From positions 682,001-746,000 of the forward strand of contig JAQGDQ010000040.1 of NCBI GenBank assembly GCA_030141605.1: a stretch of 64,000 nt of DNA. Reading direction: 5' to 3'. Origin of the DNA: Tubiluchus corallicola (taxonomy: Eukaryota; Animalia; Priapulida). Positions within the stretch are counted from its first letter, which is position 1. Every line of letters starts with the position of its first letter. A program made the translations under genes and the position numbers. Positions 1 through 14,200 of the stretch are shown here, piece by piece. The notes beneath the pieces were generated by a model. The model was not told the DNA's origin. It did not search any database and saw only the letters and a program-made list of their open reading frames with translations.

Positions 1-605
1 AAGAATTTATCTTTTGCAACTAAAGAAAAGAGCTGGGACATCTCCTAACGATATGGTAAAACTATACTTCACCGCGATCAGTCCAGTTGTTGAATATGCT
101 TGTCAGATAAGGCTCTCATCTCTCTTTCAAAATCTCTCTGACTTGTTATAAACTGTTCAAAAGCGCTCCTTGAAAATAATTTTTCCAAATGAAAACCATG
201 TAAATGTTGTAATTTTGGCTAATCTTCAACCTTTACTTAACCGTCGCGAAAATTCTTGCAAAAAGTTGTTTTTAACTTCTTATCACTTCATAATCCTAAT
301 AATATAATTCACACTCTATATAATTGCCAGAAACCCATGCTCATAGATATAGTACTCGCCACCATCTGAAACACCCTTTACTTGGATACAAAACAGAGAG
401 ATTCAAGGACAGTTTTATCTCATGTGGTTTATTTAATTTCCAAACATAAGTTTAGACTGATTTTAATTTATCTCATTCACATATCTTGTAACAACGTAAC
501 AGTGCTTGTTCTAACTTGTTTATTTTTTTAAAAATTACATAACATAATTTTGTAATTTTATGCTGTGATGTAATTCAACCTTTTGGTTTTAATGATAAAT
601 AAACT
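1..605 (+). mobile_element. Decayed 3' end of a non-LTR retrotransposon (CR1/L2/Rex1-like ORF2 C-terminus plus 3' UTR)
   Basis: Frame from nt 2 reads RIYLLQLKKRAGTSPNDMVKLYFTAISPVVEYACQ...DLL*TVQKRSLKIIFP...LLNRRENSCKKLF, which resembles the post-RT 'RPVLEYAC...LExVQKRALRII...RR' region. It has an in-frame stop, a later KTERFKDSFI-like segment, and ends in an AATAAA-containing tail near 600. Confidence 0.7.
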
Positions 606-1587
606 TATATTATATATAATATTTAAGTTTAATAAAGATTGCCCATCGACAGATCCTGGATGTGTGAATCTTCTGAGATCATTTCTCTCAATGACTCCTC
701 TGTAGTCTTGGAAGAAAGCCTCAGCCTGTATAGCTGAATAATGTTAGACAATTATCAGAATATCCTCCTTCAATTAAATAGCTAATGTTTATGTGCAACT
801 TTGCTTTTAAGTTTTACATTTGCAGTATCTACTCAAACCTACCAAATAAGGCAGCTTTCTTTCTAAAAACCTTAATGTTTAGCCATTCTGCTAAAAGAGA
901 TTTTCGTCAATTTACGAACTATGACACTAACTCTGCAAGCAGCACTGACAATTATCTACCTTACAAGGACTTTTAAAAATACTTTGCCTGAAACAAGGTC
1001 ATGCAGCAGCTACTTTAAATTAAATGTAAATGCAATTCAAGTTCAGAAAAAATAACAAAATGAACGTTTTTTTCTAATAGTAGAAGATGCTTCCTGAAGA
1101 GTTGCAGTTTCGAGCAAACAATTTTTTTAGTAGAAAATTCCAAATATATATGCTCCAAAAAAAAACTGGATAAACTCTTTAAGATTGTAACCTGTACATG
1201 TGGAACTCACGAGGCTTCCACAGTTCAAATAAACACTGAGGTGTAATGTCTGATTCTCTTTCGATTCATAGATACTTTGATGTAGTAAAGTGTCCTGTAC
1301 TACTACACGTTGTATGTGCATGCTCTTCCTAAGCAAGCAAATGGTTATTTTTCACCCCATAAACATACAGAGATGCAGAGCAGGCCAAGGTCTAATGTCC
1401 AAGAGTAAGGGCATCAACCAGCTTTTGGTTTTCTATATCTATGGTCGTTTTAATTGTTACATAGTTCAAATTGCCCATGTTTCAATTTCATCATTTTTTC
1501 TGCTATGGCGTCGTAAATCGCTTTTATGTTTTAAAAATTACAGAAACTCGCAAATTTATGTAATTAGCTAATTCAAAAAGTATTAGA

Positions 1588-4500
1588 ATGGGAACTAAAA
1601 CTAACCTGCAAGAGACCTCCAAAAATAAGTGCTTTGGTGGTTGGCAAAAGGTCAGCATTATCTGCTTTAGGTCAAAAGTTTTTTGTTAATGGCATTCATT
1701 CCCATGATCTCTGCTTTTGAACGTCGTGCAACACCTTTGCAGTTTACTTTGTAGATCTTTCTTGTAACAGCAACCAACCTTGCAAACTGATGCTAACATT
1801 GCAAAACCACAATTATCCGTAATGTATTATAAGTCTCCTGTCCTGTTACATGTTGTGGATCTTGCAATTATATATATCTCACGGCGTTTGACGTAATGTA
1901 TAATTAGTGGCATAGTGCAGTAACAATTATAACATACCCAGTACTGTCCCAGTCTCTTGCATTAAGTGTGTGTCACACCTATTTTAAGTCGCACACCTTC
2001 ACATGCATCTAAAAAACAGTTTTCATACATTCTGCAACTTCACACACAAGTTTGCGTATCACAATCACCTTGGTTTCTTTGCTACCAGTACCATCCAAGA
2101 CACAATAAGTAGTATTACCTTTATAATGGAATAGCATTCATGAATCTCACAATGCTAAAGGGCATGTTGTGCTAAAGGTTATTACAATTGTTAAAAATTA
2201 AGCACTTTGGGCTTTTTTCATGAGCACAGTGAACTGCAATAATAGCATAAGAAGGCTCAGCAGTACTAAAAAGTTACCCTAATTTTTTGTGTAAATTTTT
2301 TGATGATTAGTTTGATTTTGATACCCTTAAAAACAAAAATTTCTTTGGCATAATTTGAATTTGCCACCCTGCCAGGCGCGAGGTGATCCCCAAGCATTCT
2401 ACGTTCTACACTCACTTTTACAACAAATGGTTGACAGGTCTGCATATATGCATTGTGTCTTACAACACTATTGCAATAACTTGCGTTATTAACTGGTGCA
2501 CCTTGCAGTTATAATTATGACGTAATGTTTCGCAGTGCAATATGTGCCCTGTAAAATAAGCAATCTTTCATACCATCTGGCATTATGCATGCCATGATGC
2601 AGACCTCAGACATATGCTTGCGTAGCAAAATCGTCCATAAATCGGCAGTTAACCTTTTCTAGTTATTCACACACCCTGAATCTCCATTTCATAAGGATCA
2701 TTCTGATACCAAGTTCATTGCTCTATGTTATTTCAAAGCTGAGGTAATGCACGTTGAAGTTGAGGTGCATGCTGCACACTGAAAAACATAATTTTGAAAA
2801 AAATCGCTGTTAAAGTCAGCCATCGTTTTTGTCGCGTCTCTACAAAACGCTTAGCAACCATACGAAAGTATGGTTTCTATGAACTTTACAAGAGCACATT
2901 TAAATTATGTTTAAATCCAGTAGATGGCTCTTCTTCATGAGGATAAGGGCTTGGCCAGAGGAAGGAACTGAAGCAAAATGACTGCTTCCACGAGGTACAA
3001 CCGGAGTTTGAAAATACAAGTTTTTTACAATTGCAGTACTAGTTTATAGTCAGAAAAGTGGAAATGGGGTTATAAAATTAGATTTTTAGTATTTTTAACA
3101 CTTTTTTGATAATTTGATGCTGGAATATAAAAGTAAAATATATTTAGCATTTGTTTTTATAAAAATAAAAAATCAACATTTGACCAAATTTTTGGTGCAT
3201 TCGACTTTGAAGCATGATAACGTAGTTTTAGCTATGCCGACTTATGGACGGTTTTGCTTTGCAAGCACATAAATGTCAATGTCATTGGATCAACTGTGAG
3301 TTAACTTAATATATACTTGATGATTGTAATGAGGTAGAACTCTAGATCATTATCAAGGATAAATTCATAAGACGAGGCACGAGACTAACCGAGTCGAACA
3401 CCTTTTAGTTGTATTCAGATGTATGTCACTTTCACAATGCAAACAAGGCACAAGTACATCACATAAATAAAATTTGTAACTTTTTAAGTCCTCAGCAAAT
3501 AAACAAGTATTCCATCATGTCAGCAAATTAATAATTTATAAACCTAATAATATAATAATTTGTAAGCCTAATTAAGCTTTATTTGCTATTGCTATATACA
3601 CAACAGTCTATTACAAGCATTGCTGAGTGTTTTTTGCCAAATGTAAAAGTGCTGATTAATGACACCTTACATACTAAATTTTAAACTAAGTACTTGAAAT
3701 GTATGCTTGCTGCTTGTCTGAAAGCTTCCACCATTTGCGAATATTATTAATAAGCTCACATGTCTGATTCGAGAGCAATGGAAGTCCGACAAGCCTGAGC
3801 AATGTTGTGTATGGGTTCTGTGGTAATATGTGCATAGCCTGTTCCGAACATTTGTAAAAACAATACTATTTTAAAATTTAAGTATGTAGCCACACCACAG
3901 CTGAGTAAAATGGATAACTGTAATTTAAATGAAAAGCTCAAGATTACATCACCAATTAACTCCTTCCTGACGGATACATACATTTATCCATCATCTGTGA
4001 TGGGTAAAAACAAAGCCTTATTAACTAAACTTTCCACTCTCTAAATTTAATGAAATTTGGAAAAGAAATGGCTAGCATACAAGAAAATTATGTAAGAACA
4101 AAAAAGTTGTGTTGTTTTCTTTGTTTTCAATCTTTGAAGAAGTTTTTCGCAAAGTAATAAATAAAGTACCATGTTTATTGAGCGACGATTGTTTCGGCTA
4201 CTGAAGCCATTATCAAACTATAAATCAAGCCAAAAAGAAAAATAAGTAATATTTGATGACACAAAGGCACAAACTGAAACTACAAAACAACAGATTAGAA
4301 TTTAATTTATCAACATAAACTAGGTTGTAACCGAATAAATTGAAAAGAAATGCACAAAATTTATACCTAGTACATGAGAACCAAAAAAAGAACACACAGG
4401 TAAACAATTAATCCAAGTCTACATAATGAAGAACCACAGCAATAAGCATTATAAGAATAAAACACAACCTCTGCATTTTGCACAATTTACAACAAGTGGG

Positions 4501-7500
4501 AACCAGAATAAGGGAAACCAGTAGCATGTCAATGTGAAAGTGACACAGAAACTAAATCCACCAAGACCACCACAGACCCTGAGGAACATAGTCAAACAAA
4601 TTTCAAAACGCAGAAATAGACAGAGTGCGACAAGGTATCACCGATCATAGTTGCATATTAAGAATTGGGTGGTGCTTCGTAATGTGTAAGACTTCTGCTA
4701 TCTTGAGATCTTGAGCATTACTTGCACTATATAAAATGCTAAATGCAGAGTTGAAGCCATCCTAATCACTAATGCATGCAGTATGGGGAAAGACGGGGCT
4801 GGCCATTGCAAAGCTCCCCAATTCTAGTATAACGAGGATGCTTCGTTTAACCTGTTTACAGTGGGATAATTTCTGTATATTTCGCTTGTTAGCAGTACTG
4901 TATGTATGCTATCAAACTTTCAGCCTTTGTAAAAGCTCTTGGGAAGCAAACGAGTTTTCATAAAACAATATTGATGGCCACTACCCTAATGTACAGTTAC
5001 TGATATTCTGGGAGTGCCTGCTGTTAATTCAGCAGCACAGTGGCTGGTTGTTATAATTGTCTGCTAACCAGCGCAGGCTTTTATGTTGAACAGTTTTAGA
5101 TACAAGTGACTACTTGGGAGCTAGAGGGCTTTGAAATTAAAATTCTGTGAAAATTTTGCAAATTTTTCGAATTATCCTGTTAATTACTCCATTGAGTAAA
5201 AACATCTAAACATTAAATTTACAGTGCTAAAAAGAAAATTTAATTCTCTTTCGAAAAATGTAAGGTTTGCACTACGACGTTGTGGACAGTTTTATTCGGG
5301 TATGTCAAAACTGCCAAATATTCATCGTTGTGAAGAAGTTAAGGACAACAAAACTACAGCAAAAAATATTACATTGTAGTGTTAAGATTAATAGCTCACT
5401 TAGTGCATCCCTGGTTGAAGAATTAGTGGCACAATATTTAAGTCTTTCAAAGTTTTAGTTTTTGTCGATAGATTTATTAAATTATTGCTTTTAGGTATTT
5501 AGTCACGAAAGTTATGAACTGAAGTGTGTGATGAACTGTGCAATTTATTTGCCACCACAAGCAGAGTACGAAAAAGTCCCTGTACTGTACTGGCTCTCAG
5601 GTAAGTTTTATAGTTGCGTTGCAGTAACTGTCTGTGCATGTCTAGATGAAATATTAGCAAGATAGTAGAAAGTTTGACAATTTTAAATTTTTATCATTTA
5701 TAGTAACCTAAAAATAAATCTAAGCAAGACTGTCATGCAGCTGTCAGGATGCTTTCTATGCTTGCGTGCTAGATTTGTATCTATTTCTGAAGGCTTTGGT
5801 GACTCTTATGCTTTAACAGCATAAACAGGATAATTTTGTTTTATTATTAGGGAAAGTTTATTTGCTGAAATTGTCCTCTAGCCTTCTAGTACTTTGTACA
5901 ATAAGCGTTTGAATAAGAAAATTTAAAAATTCCCTGTTGCATTATAGCTAATTAGTGTAAGCTTTTGCTGTCTGTAGTGGTTCAAGTTTCTGCAAAAGTG
6001 ATTTTTTGCCTTTTGCCTTACTTCACTAAGTTTTACATCATTGACAACACTGAGTTACATAAAAATGGCTACTAGTGAGTCACTAATTATCTTTAATTAG
6101 TTAATCACATTTAAATTAAACGTGCTAAAAACGAAGTTGGTTAGTTGATTAATTTAATCAGAGATAGTGAATTCATAGTGAGTGAGTAATCATACGTGTT
6201 CATTTCATAATGAGTCAGTAGAAGTTGCATCAAATTGTAAGAAATTTTAGGGTTTACAGTATTTGATTGTGAATATAAATAAGCATCGGCTGTGTTAAAT
6301 ATTGTACTGTTTTTGTATGTAGTTTTATTGTCGTGTTTGTATTTTTTGTATAGTGTATTACTTACTTGTTTAATTTCAGGGCTCACGTGTACAGAACAAA
6401 ACTTTATATCAAAGGCAGGTGCTCAAAGATATGCAGCTGAACATGGAATTTGTATTGTTGCACCAGATACCAGTCCGAGTAAGTGTGCAAACATGGTGCA
6501 ATTTAACTTTGACATGTTACACAGTGGAAGTGCATTTTTACATTTTAGTTTAGAGACCTATAACAGTTAAGTACTGTAATTCACAAAGCATATAAATTGA
6601 TAGTAAGAGTATAAAGCACGTGATGACATTCGAACTAGAAGTACCAACATTTTTGTATGAAAGGCCAATAACTGTTGGCAAGAAAGATCTTCTGTCTTCT
6701 TAGCTGAGCTTTCTTCGAAATGAAAGTTCTAGGTTTTTTTTACAGATTTAGTATTTGAAGTTGTTTTTGCAATATTCGTAAGGAAGTGAGAAATTTGGGT
6801 TTTGCACTTGATATCAGGAGACTTTATCAACTCCTGATTATGAAAATGCACATCGTAATTTGTTTAGGAGGATGTAATATTCCCGGTGAAGACGATGCTT
6901 ATGATTTTGGCTCTGGTGCTGGATTTTATGTGGATGCAACGGAGCAAAAGTGGAAGACAAATTATAGGATGTACTCCTATGTCACCAAAGAGCTTCCGAA
7001 TGTAAGTAAGGAAACAATATTGAGATATACACTTGTGCAGTTTTGCTTGCAACTGCATGATTGGTTTCTACAATTAATTAAACTTTAAAACCAGATTTGA
7101 AAAACTGAACCAGGGACCTTCTGCTTACAAGCAGGTGTCTTAAACTGCTAGACTACCATGTTCCTTAGCGTTCAGGGCTTTCCAGAGTTCATCCCTTGTA
7201 GATGGCCAGCTGTCTCAAGCATTTCTAATATTAGATCATCTAGTTAGAGTGATTCTAACTAGTTAGATATCAAAACTTTAGTTTTGTGTAACTTTGAGCT
7301 TGAAATTTTGAAGGATGATACATCGTTTTCATTACAGTTTATCAAGGCAAATTTTCCAGTGAATATGAATAAGCAGTCAATATTTGGTCATAGCATGGGT
7401 GGACATGGTGCTTTAATATGTGCGTTGAAAAATCCTGGGCGTTATAAGAGCATCAGTGCTTTTTCACCTATATGCAATCCATGTGAATGTCCATGGGGCC

Positions 7501-9143
7501 AGAAGGCATTTACAGGTAACTTTTTTCCCCAATATTAATTAGGTATGGTGTTTACCCTACTGGCTAGGCACAATGATAATGTTACAGTAGTTTAAATAAA
7601 CAGTTTCGTATGTAGGCTTATGTGAAACTTTCAATTATAATTGTATTGGCTAAACAGAGCCAACTATCCAAGAAAATTAATATCTTTCAAAGCTGCAGTG
7701 TGAATAGCAACGAACAGCTCTGCTTTTGAGTTACAAATTCTGACAAATTAAACACAGAAGTATTTGTAATTTTTATTTTTTCACTCTACAAACAGTGCTG
7801 TGAGTGCAAAATCAATACTTGTATAACTTAGGCTATACTGAAAACAATTTTATGTATTTTGTAGATTATGTGTGATATGCTCCGTATTTAACAATCATGG
7901 ATTACATCATGTGCTCTGTAAAATTCTTAACAAAAACTGAGTAGCTAAATTGCTAAAATCCCAATTTAAATTTTTAACTTTTCCAGTGACAGAAAATTTT
8001 ATTGAAGACTCGAGGAAACTCAAGTTCTTGATTTTGCCTGAGAAACGTAAAACGAAATTTAGTATTCCAAAACGAACTTGTGCCCCAGCAGCTACACACG
8101 TGCCTCTGTGGCACATAATATAATGCAAGATTCTCTTGCCATGGCTTGTTTTAATGCATTAATATGACATATTCTGAAAACTCAGGAAATCATAACAGCA
8201 ATTTGACAACTTTTGTGGTTTATAGTACATTTATATAGTGTTTTATGTAGTGATTTAAACCTAAAATAAGATAAAATAAAATTATAAAATAAATAATGAA
8301 TTTAAGAGTAAGGATAAGATTTCGTTTGCACTAAGGCTTCTTTACACTATATTTTAATAACTAAATTTAAATTTGTTTGTTACCAATACATAGGATACCT
8401 TGGGTCAAATACTAGTGTATGGAAACAGTATGATGCCACAGAGTTGGTGAAAGCATACAATGGGCCACCTTTAAACGTCCTTATAGATCAAGTAAGTAAG
8501 CTGGCAAAAGACGATGCATATAAACTGGCTGAGCTGATGTTACTTTGCAAGTAGATCTATTCAATTTTAGTTTATAATGGTTCTTATGGAGAACCATCAT
8601 TTTACAAAACATCTTTACACGTTTGCTGGAATTTGCATTAATAATTGTTGCAAAGATGTCTATATTCACAATAGTGATCCAGTAAACACATATTGTTGTC
8701 ACTCTCACCTCAAATAGTAGAAAAGCCTCATATAAGAATTTTTAAAGGTTATGCTCTGAGATGGTTCCAGGTGTCGTTTTGCAGACCATATTTTAAACAA
8801 TAAAGTGAAACATTTGTATTTCATAATTTAATATCATCTATTTTTGTTTAATGAATTGCTTGGATCATGCAGCAATTGTAATTAGCTAATAAAAGCTGCA
8901 TAGTAATGAATTAAGTCTTCTGTAGATATAAAGATTTGTGCGACTTCACTCCTTTTTCAGGGAAAATGTGACAATTTCCTCAGTCAAGGACAACTACTTC
9001 CAGATAATTTTGTTGCAGCGTGTGCACTTAGTGGAGTTCCAGTTGAAATGAGAATGCAAGATGGATATGATCATAGTTACTTTTTCATAGCTTCTTTTAT
9101 GGAGCATCATATAAAGTTTCATGCCAAGCATATGCGTGACTGA
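1588..9143 (+). CDS. ESD: S-formylglutathione hydrolase / esterase D, 286 aa, 7 coding exons
   Basis: GT-AG exons 1588-1650, 5495-5600, 6380-6478, 6868-7001, 7338-7515, 8394-8491 and 8961-9143 join in frame (861 nt). Motifs: [46 protein letters not shown], nucleophile [19 protein letters not shown]. Confidence 0.97.
2612..3270. mobile_element. Non-autonomous DNA transposon (MITE-like) in ESD intron 1
   Basis: Imperfect terminal inverted repeats of about 35 bp: atgcttgcgtagcaaaatcgtccataaatcggca (~2614-2647) and tgccgacttatggacggttttgctttgcaagcac (~3235-3268). No coding capacity between them. Confidence 0.65.
7090..7265 (-). repeat. tRNA-derived SINE-like repeat copy
   Basis: Minus strand reads tggtagtctagcagtttaagacacctgcttgtaagcagaaggtccctggttcag (A-box-like and B-box-like segments). 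Both the head and the flank (..tgattctaacta..) resemble the copy at ~61575-61742. Confidence 0.55.
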
Positions 9144-9603
9144 ATTATAGGTGTAAATGTATCTGTTAAGTTCCCTGTGCAGAACAGAAATTGCAAAACG
9201 TGTCATTTGTTGCCACTAATGATAATCACTACAGACAGTTTAAATTCAGTCATATATGATTGATAAAGTGCCTAGTGTTTTTTAACTTTGACACTGTTGA
9301 AAACACATTGTGTCGTGGTATATTATTTTAGAATTTGGAAAGTAATTCTAGAAATTTGAAAGTATTAAGATTTATTAGATAAAGATTTTGTAGAAAAGTA
9401 AAGCTGTGATCATCATGATATGATTCTGTTTGTTATAAATTTCTTAAAATAAATGTTACGATGATGTTAAATAACCATGATCAATTGTATTTAATCTGAT
9501 GGACCTGTTTTTATTAGTAATAGCATAGTAAAACAGTAGTAGTGAACAGTACTAACAGTGACAGTAAAACAGTCATTTCACCATTTTTACCCAATTTGTA
9601 ATA

Positions 9604-10384
9604 CAGTCAAATCCCGTAAATACAAGTTTCACGGGACCCAGATATTTTTTGTATTAAGCATACTATCCATCACGTACATTTTTATTAACTTCTAATGTAT
9701 CTTGTACCTATATAGCAATTATATTATGACATCTGTAATCTCTAGAGTGGTTGTCTTTTGACCAATGAGCATAATTTATCCTTGTTCAACCTCATTTCAC
9801 AAATACAAATTACAAACAACATGCTGCCAGTCGGTTTAGTAGAAGCAAGCCTGCAAGCAAGAGGGTTAGTGGTGGCAGAGAGTCTGCAGTATGTGACTTT
9901 GCTGTTTTGGGATTTTATGCTACATATATAATGGCAATTTTTTATCAGTGGCAAGCCTGTCTTTTTTGAAAATCAGTAATTTGAAGGCATTTAAATCTAT
10001 GCAGCTGACTGATAAAATCAACAGTAGGCCTAGCTATCATATACTGTGCATATATACATTATGTTATGACACAAATCAGTTGTAAAAAAATCAGCTGAGC
10101 CATGGGCTCATACTGTTGTCAACAGGTGAAGAGTATCTAGACTGGGCAGGCCACAGCAGAAATCGTATTAGAAGTGTTTTTTGTATTAAACTTATATTTG
10201 CGGGACTTTGAGAAATCATAGTAGAAAACAAAGTTTTGTAGTAACGAGTTTCGTATTAACCGTAAGTGTAAACATAATGTTTTATTACATTAAAACCTAC
10301 ATCATAGCCTTGGCAGGTACATAATAAAATCATCCTAATACTAAGTTTCGTTATAAGCTGAATCATATTACCGGGATTCGACTG
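9604..10384. mobile_element. Tc1/mariner-pogo (Tigger-like) MITE between the ESD and MED26 3' ends
   Basis: TA|CAGTCAAATCCCG ... CGGGATTCGACTG|TA: terminal inverted repeats beginning CAGT, flanked by TA target-site duplications (9602-9603, 10385-10386). Confidence 0.75.
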
Positions 10385-11290
10385 TATCTACTTTAAATAA
10401 GATTCCGTTATTCATTTTTAGTTTTGTTTTAGCTTGTGTGTAAAGAAATAAAATGCAGATACATGCCAAATACCCAACTACGTGTCTGCATTACTCTACA
10501 AGGTTTTTTCGGTTCTTTCATCGCTGCCAAGAAACGCATTCAAATAGTGCTGTGTAAACATTTGTCAAAGATAAAATTTCAGACAACTTTGACACGCTCA
10601 GCATTGAGCCCAATCACATCACTTTTATATTTCTAGCAACTTTTACATAACAAAAAACTATCGCAAAACTATAACAAAAACATGAACACAAAGAAAAAAG
10701 TAACGATGGATAAGTTAATAGCAGCTACAAGCCATAAGCCAATGGATAGTTCTGAAGAAACTTCCAGATGAGAGTCCAATAAATCCACGTAAATTCACAT
10801 TTTAACGAACCCTCCAACAGTGAATTTTTATGTGATCTTTTTTCTGAATATAGTTACAAAAGAAGAGTCTCAATTTTTTCTCTCATCAACAAGAGCAAAT
10901 TTTTCTTATATTTTGCAATGTATGAACATTAAAAATTTTTGGAATTTGTTTTCAAAAGTAATGAGTTTCGTATAACTGAGACCAGCTCAGTATTTCAATA
11001 ATCTAACTGCCGGATATCAGGAATTCTGTCTAAAAATATGTGCACTATGCTGTTTTAAGCAACTTGTAATTGTACATGAGCTTTGCAACAGACCAACTCA
11101 AAGACACGATTTTATTTTTGAATTATAGCTGGAGCAGAAATTTCATAATATAAACAGTGAACAAAATTCATGACAATACATCCCAGCCAGTAACAAATGG
11201 CAAAATCTTGCACATACATTTCACATAATATATTAGCTGATCACAAATCTACTTTCCTCATTTTACACTCATTATTTATAATCCTCATTA

Positions 11291-14200
11291 TTAATCATCA
11301 ATATTTACATAAGGCAGTATATGAATATAGTCATTCTGGAGAGTAGGTAAAGAGAGGCAGGATGCCCAATCGTGCCACTCATTTTCATCATCATAGCAAC
11401 CGTTAACACCAGGCCACCTTTCATTACATAGTCTTTCAACCCGGCTTTCTGTGACCGGTTCATGTATTACTTCATATTCCTCTTCTTCTAGTACAACAGT
11501 TGATAAGTCAATAGGCAGGAGAGAAGGGCATTTTTTATCTTCAACTTTTGCCTCTGTTTGAGACTCGACAAGTGGCCTTCCAATAATGCTGTCAAATAGC
11601 ATTTCGTCAGTTGGATTCTCAGACAGATTGCTGGATGAGTGAGAATTGTTGAGATAAAATTTCGGCCTAGATTCCGTTTCTGCTTTAGGCGAGCTTGCAA
11701 CAGGTGAATTGAGTCTTGGCAAGTCAGGACTCGTCACAGTTTGTTCGTGGTATGAGGTGTGTGAGGTACCAGGAAGAGAGCTTTCTAAAAATTTTTCTAC
11801 CATTTCAGCTTTGGTCTGACTCAGGTCTGCACCCATGGAAAGCAATGCAGTACTGTTCTTTCTTGTATACTTCCTTTTCTTCAAAGAGTCTGGAATCACA
11901 GATTTGTGATCCTCCTCATGTGTCAAATCTTTGATTTTATGAGAAGTGATCATACTGATAGTCGGAGAATTTAAGGCTGTTGGCGTTTTTGCTTGCAGTT
12001 CTTCGATTAGTTGGGCAGTCGTTTTCACTTTAGCCAACCTAGGCAGTTTAGTTTGCATATCACTTTTGCTTGGTTTACTCAAATCGACGTCTGTCTGCAA
12101 AAATTCGGAATGATCATTGCTAGCCTTTCCCGTAAATTCGTCTGACCTTGACAAATTTCCCATCATACAATCTACACTGCGAGATTGTTTAAGATCGTTA
12201 TTCACAGTGGACAACACAACACCATTAATAGTGTCTGTTTTTGTATCTAACATTGGTTTTTTGACATTGCCCGTTTCAGGAGAAGTGGTTACAACCTTTC
12301 TTCTCCGTTTTTTATTAGCGGCATTTGTTACACTTAAGTCTTGACTGATGCCCTTGTTATTAGCATTAGTGATTAACAAATTTTTACTGTCAACAGGAAA
12401 ATCGACTGCACTGGATGACAGGCCAGCAGTACTTTGTGAATGTGATACTGACTTAGGCACTGCAGGACTAGTAAGCCTGCTGCATGATGTACTTCCAGCG
12501 GTCCTAGAGAGCTGAGAGGGTGGGTTTGAATAACTCACATTTTCTGCAGGACTAACAGGCACAGAACTAAAGCTTGGTGCTACCTTTTCACCATTAACAC
12601 CAGCTGCTTGTAAATGTTGTGAAGATGGCAGTAATTTTTGCCAACTTTTAACCAGTTTTTTAGCACGCTTTGCAAGTTCATCATTGTTGGTCTTTTTTCG
12701 CAATTCATTGACGAGTTTCCCAAGACGTGTTCGCTACAAGCGTAGAAAGAAAAATTAGTTACAAAAATTAAATAAACGTACTTGACATAATCATAGAAAT
12801 ATGGGAAAGTTTAACAATTTTCATAATAATAATAATAATAACAATAATAATGATAATAATAATTTTGCTTAGTAAGGTGCCAAAGCAGATAGGTAGGTAT
12901 AATTGACAGCATTTTTGTGAAGGATATATGACAATGAAGGCTTGAAATTTTATTAACATAGGCCTAACGAAGCCACTGCGACAGCTTCTTTAATTTGTTC
13001 AGGATGGAGCCCTACATGCAAGCAGAAAAGGCACAATCTAGTACTACTCAAGAAAGCCAATAAAAAACTAAGCAAGAAGCAGAAAATCTCTAAATTAATA
13101 AACAATTACTATCCCTAATCCTGTTTAACTAAAAGTATCTTGAAATTTTAAATGTGCCTCTTTTTACCTCCAAGTCTTCTCTAGTGAATGTGGTACGTTC
13201 CAGAATAGAGATAGCTTCGATGCATCCTGCCATATCCACAACCTAATACATTGATAAAAGAAAGCAGTTTTAAATGGCACTAATTAAGAAAATCATAATC
13301 TAATCTTGCACTAGAAGCCCTCTAGAAAAACAAATCAAAGTTCAAGTGGTTAGGTCAGATGAAAAGCAAAGTAAACATGTGCAATTAAGTAGTTATAAGT
13401 AAGCAAATTTTCAATAGAAAAAAATTTAAAGAAAATCAATGTCTAATTAAAGTCAAAGTACCAAGTCATTTTATTCATCATTTTTGCCGATGAAGTGCCC
13501 AAATGTACATTAAGTTTCAGGTTTTTAAATCAATTTTACTGCTATTGCTGCAACAGTAAGTAGCTTAAGATGCCTAAAATTTGATAATGTGATAACTTGC
13601 AAACTTCTTGTATCTTAGTTAATAAGAAGGACTTGATGCTGAGATCTGTTAGGAATTCACTGTGAATATAAATACCAGGTTGCTTAGCCCACCTCTGTTT
13701 ACCCTCTCTTTCTTTACCACCACTTTCAATTTCCTTTTCTTGCTCACTTTCTAGTCTTATTTATTCATTCTCTCCTTTGCTTTCTCCAAAACAACACGTC
13801 TCTAAACAATTAGCTTTGTTACAAATGTTCAACTAACAAGTGCCACCTCCTGTTTAGTGAGTGGATTTCTGCGTACATGCAAAAATTGAATGCACAGGTT
13901 TAGTTACACAAATTCCTAAATTCAAAAAATGAAATAAACAAACTAAGCACATAAATATGCCCCATAATTTTTAGATACAGATACGGTATTAAAAATTTCA
14001 AAAAATCTGGGAGTTAGGCCTTCTATGAAATTTAACAATGATAGTTGCATACACTAGTGAATGTTCTTTCCAATGATATATAGCACCATGCATTTCACAG
14101 TCCCGTTTTTCAAATCTCACTTTTAGGTGTTGAAACAACAATGCAAGCAAGTAATGGAAATCCCATTCTGGATGTAATAAAAATAGAAAGCTCTAGAGTG

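Noticed and set aside
7090-7165. Possible tRNA genes here and at ~61600
   Set aside because: A/B-box-like motifs are present, but I could not form a complete cloverleaf; the shared flanks indicate SINE-like repeats.
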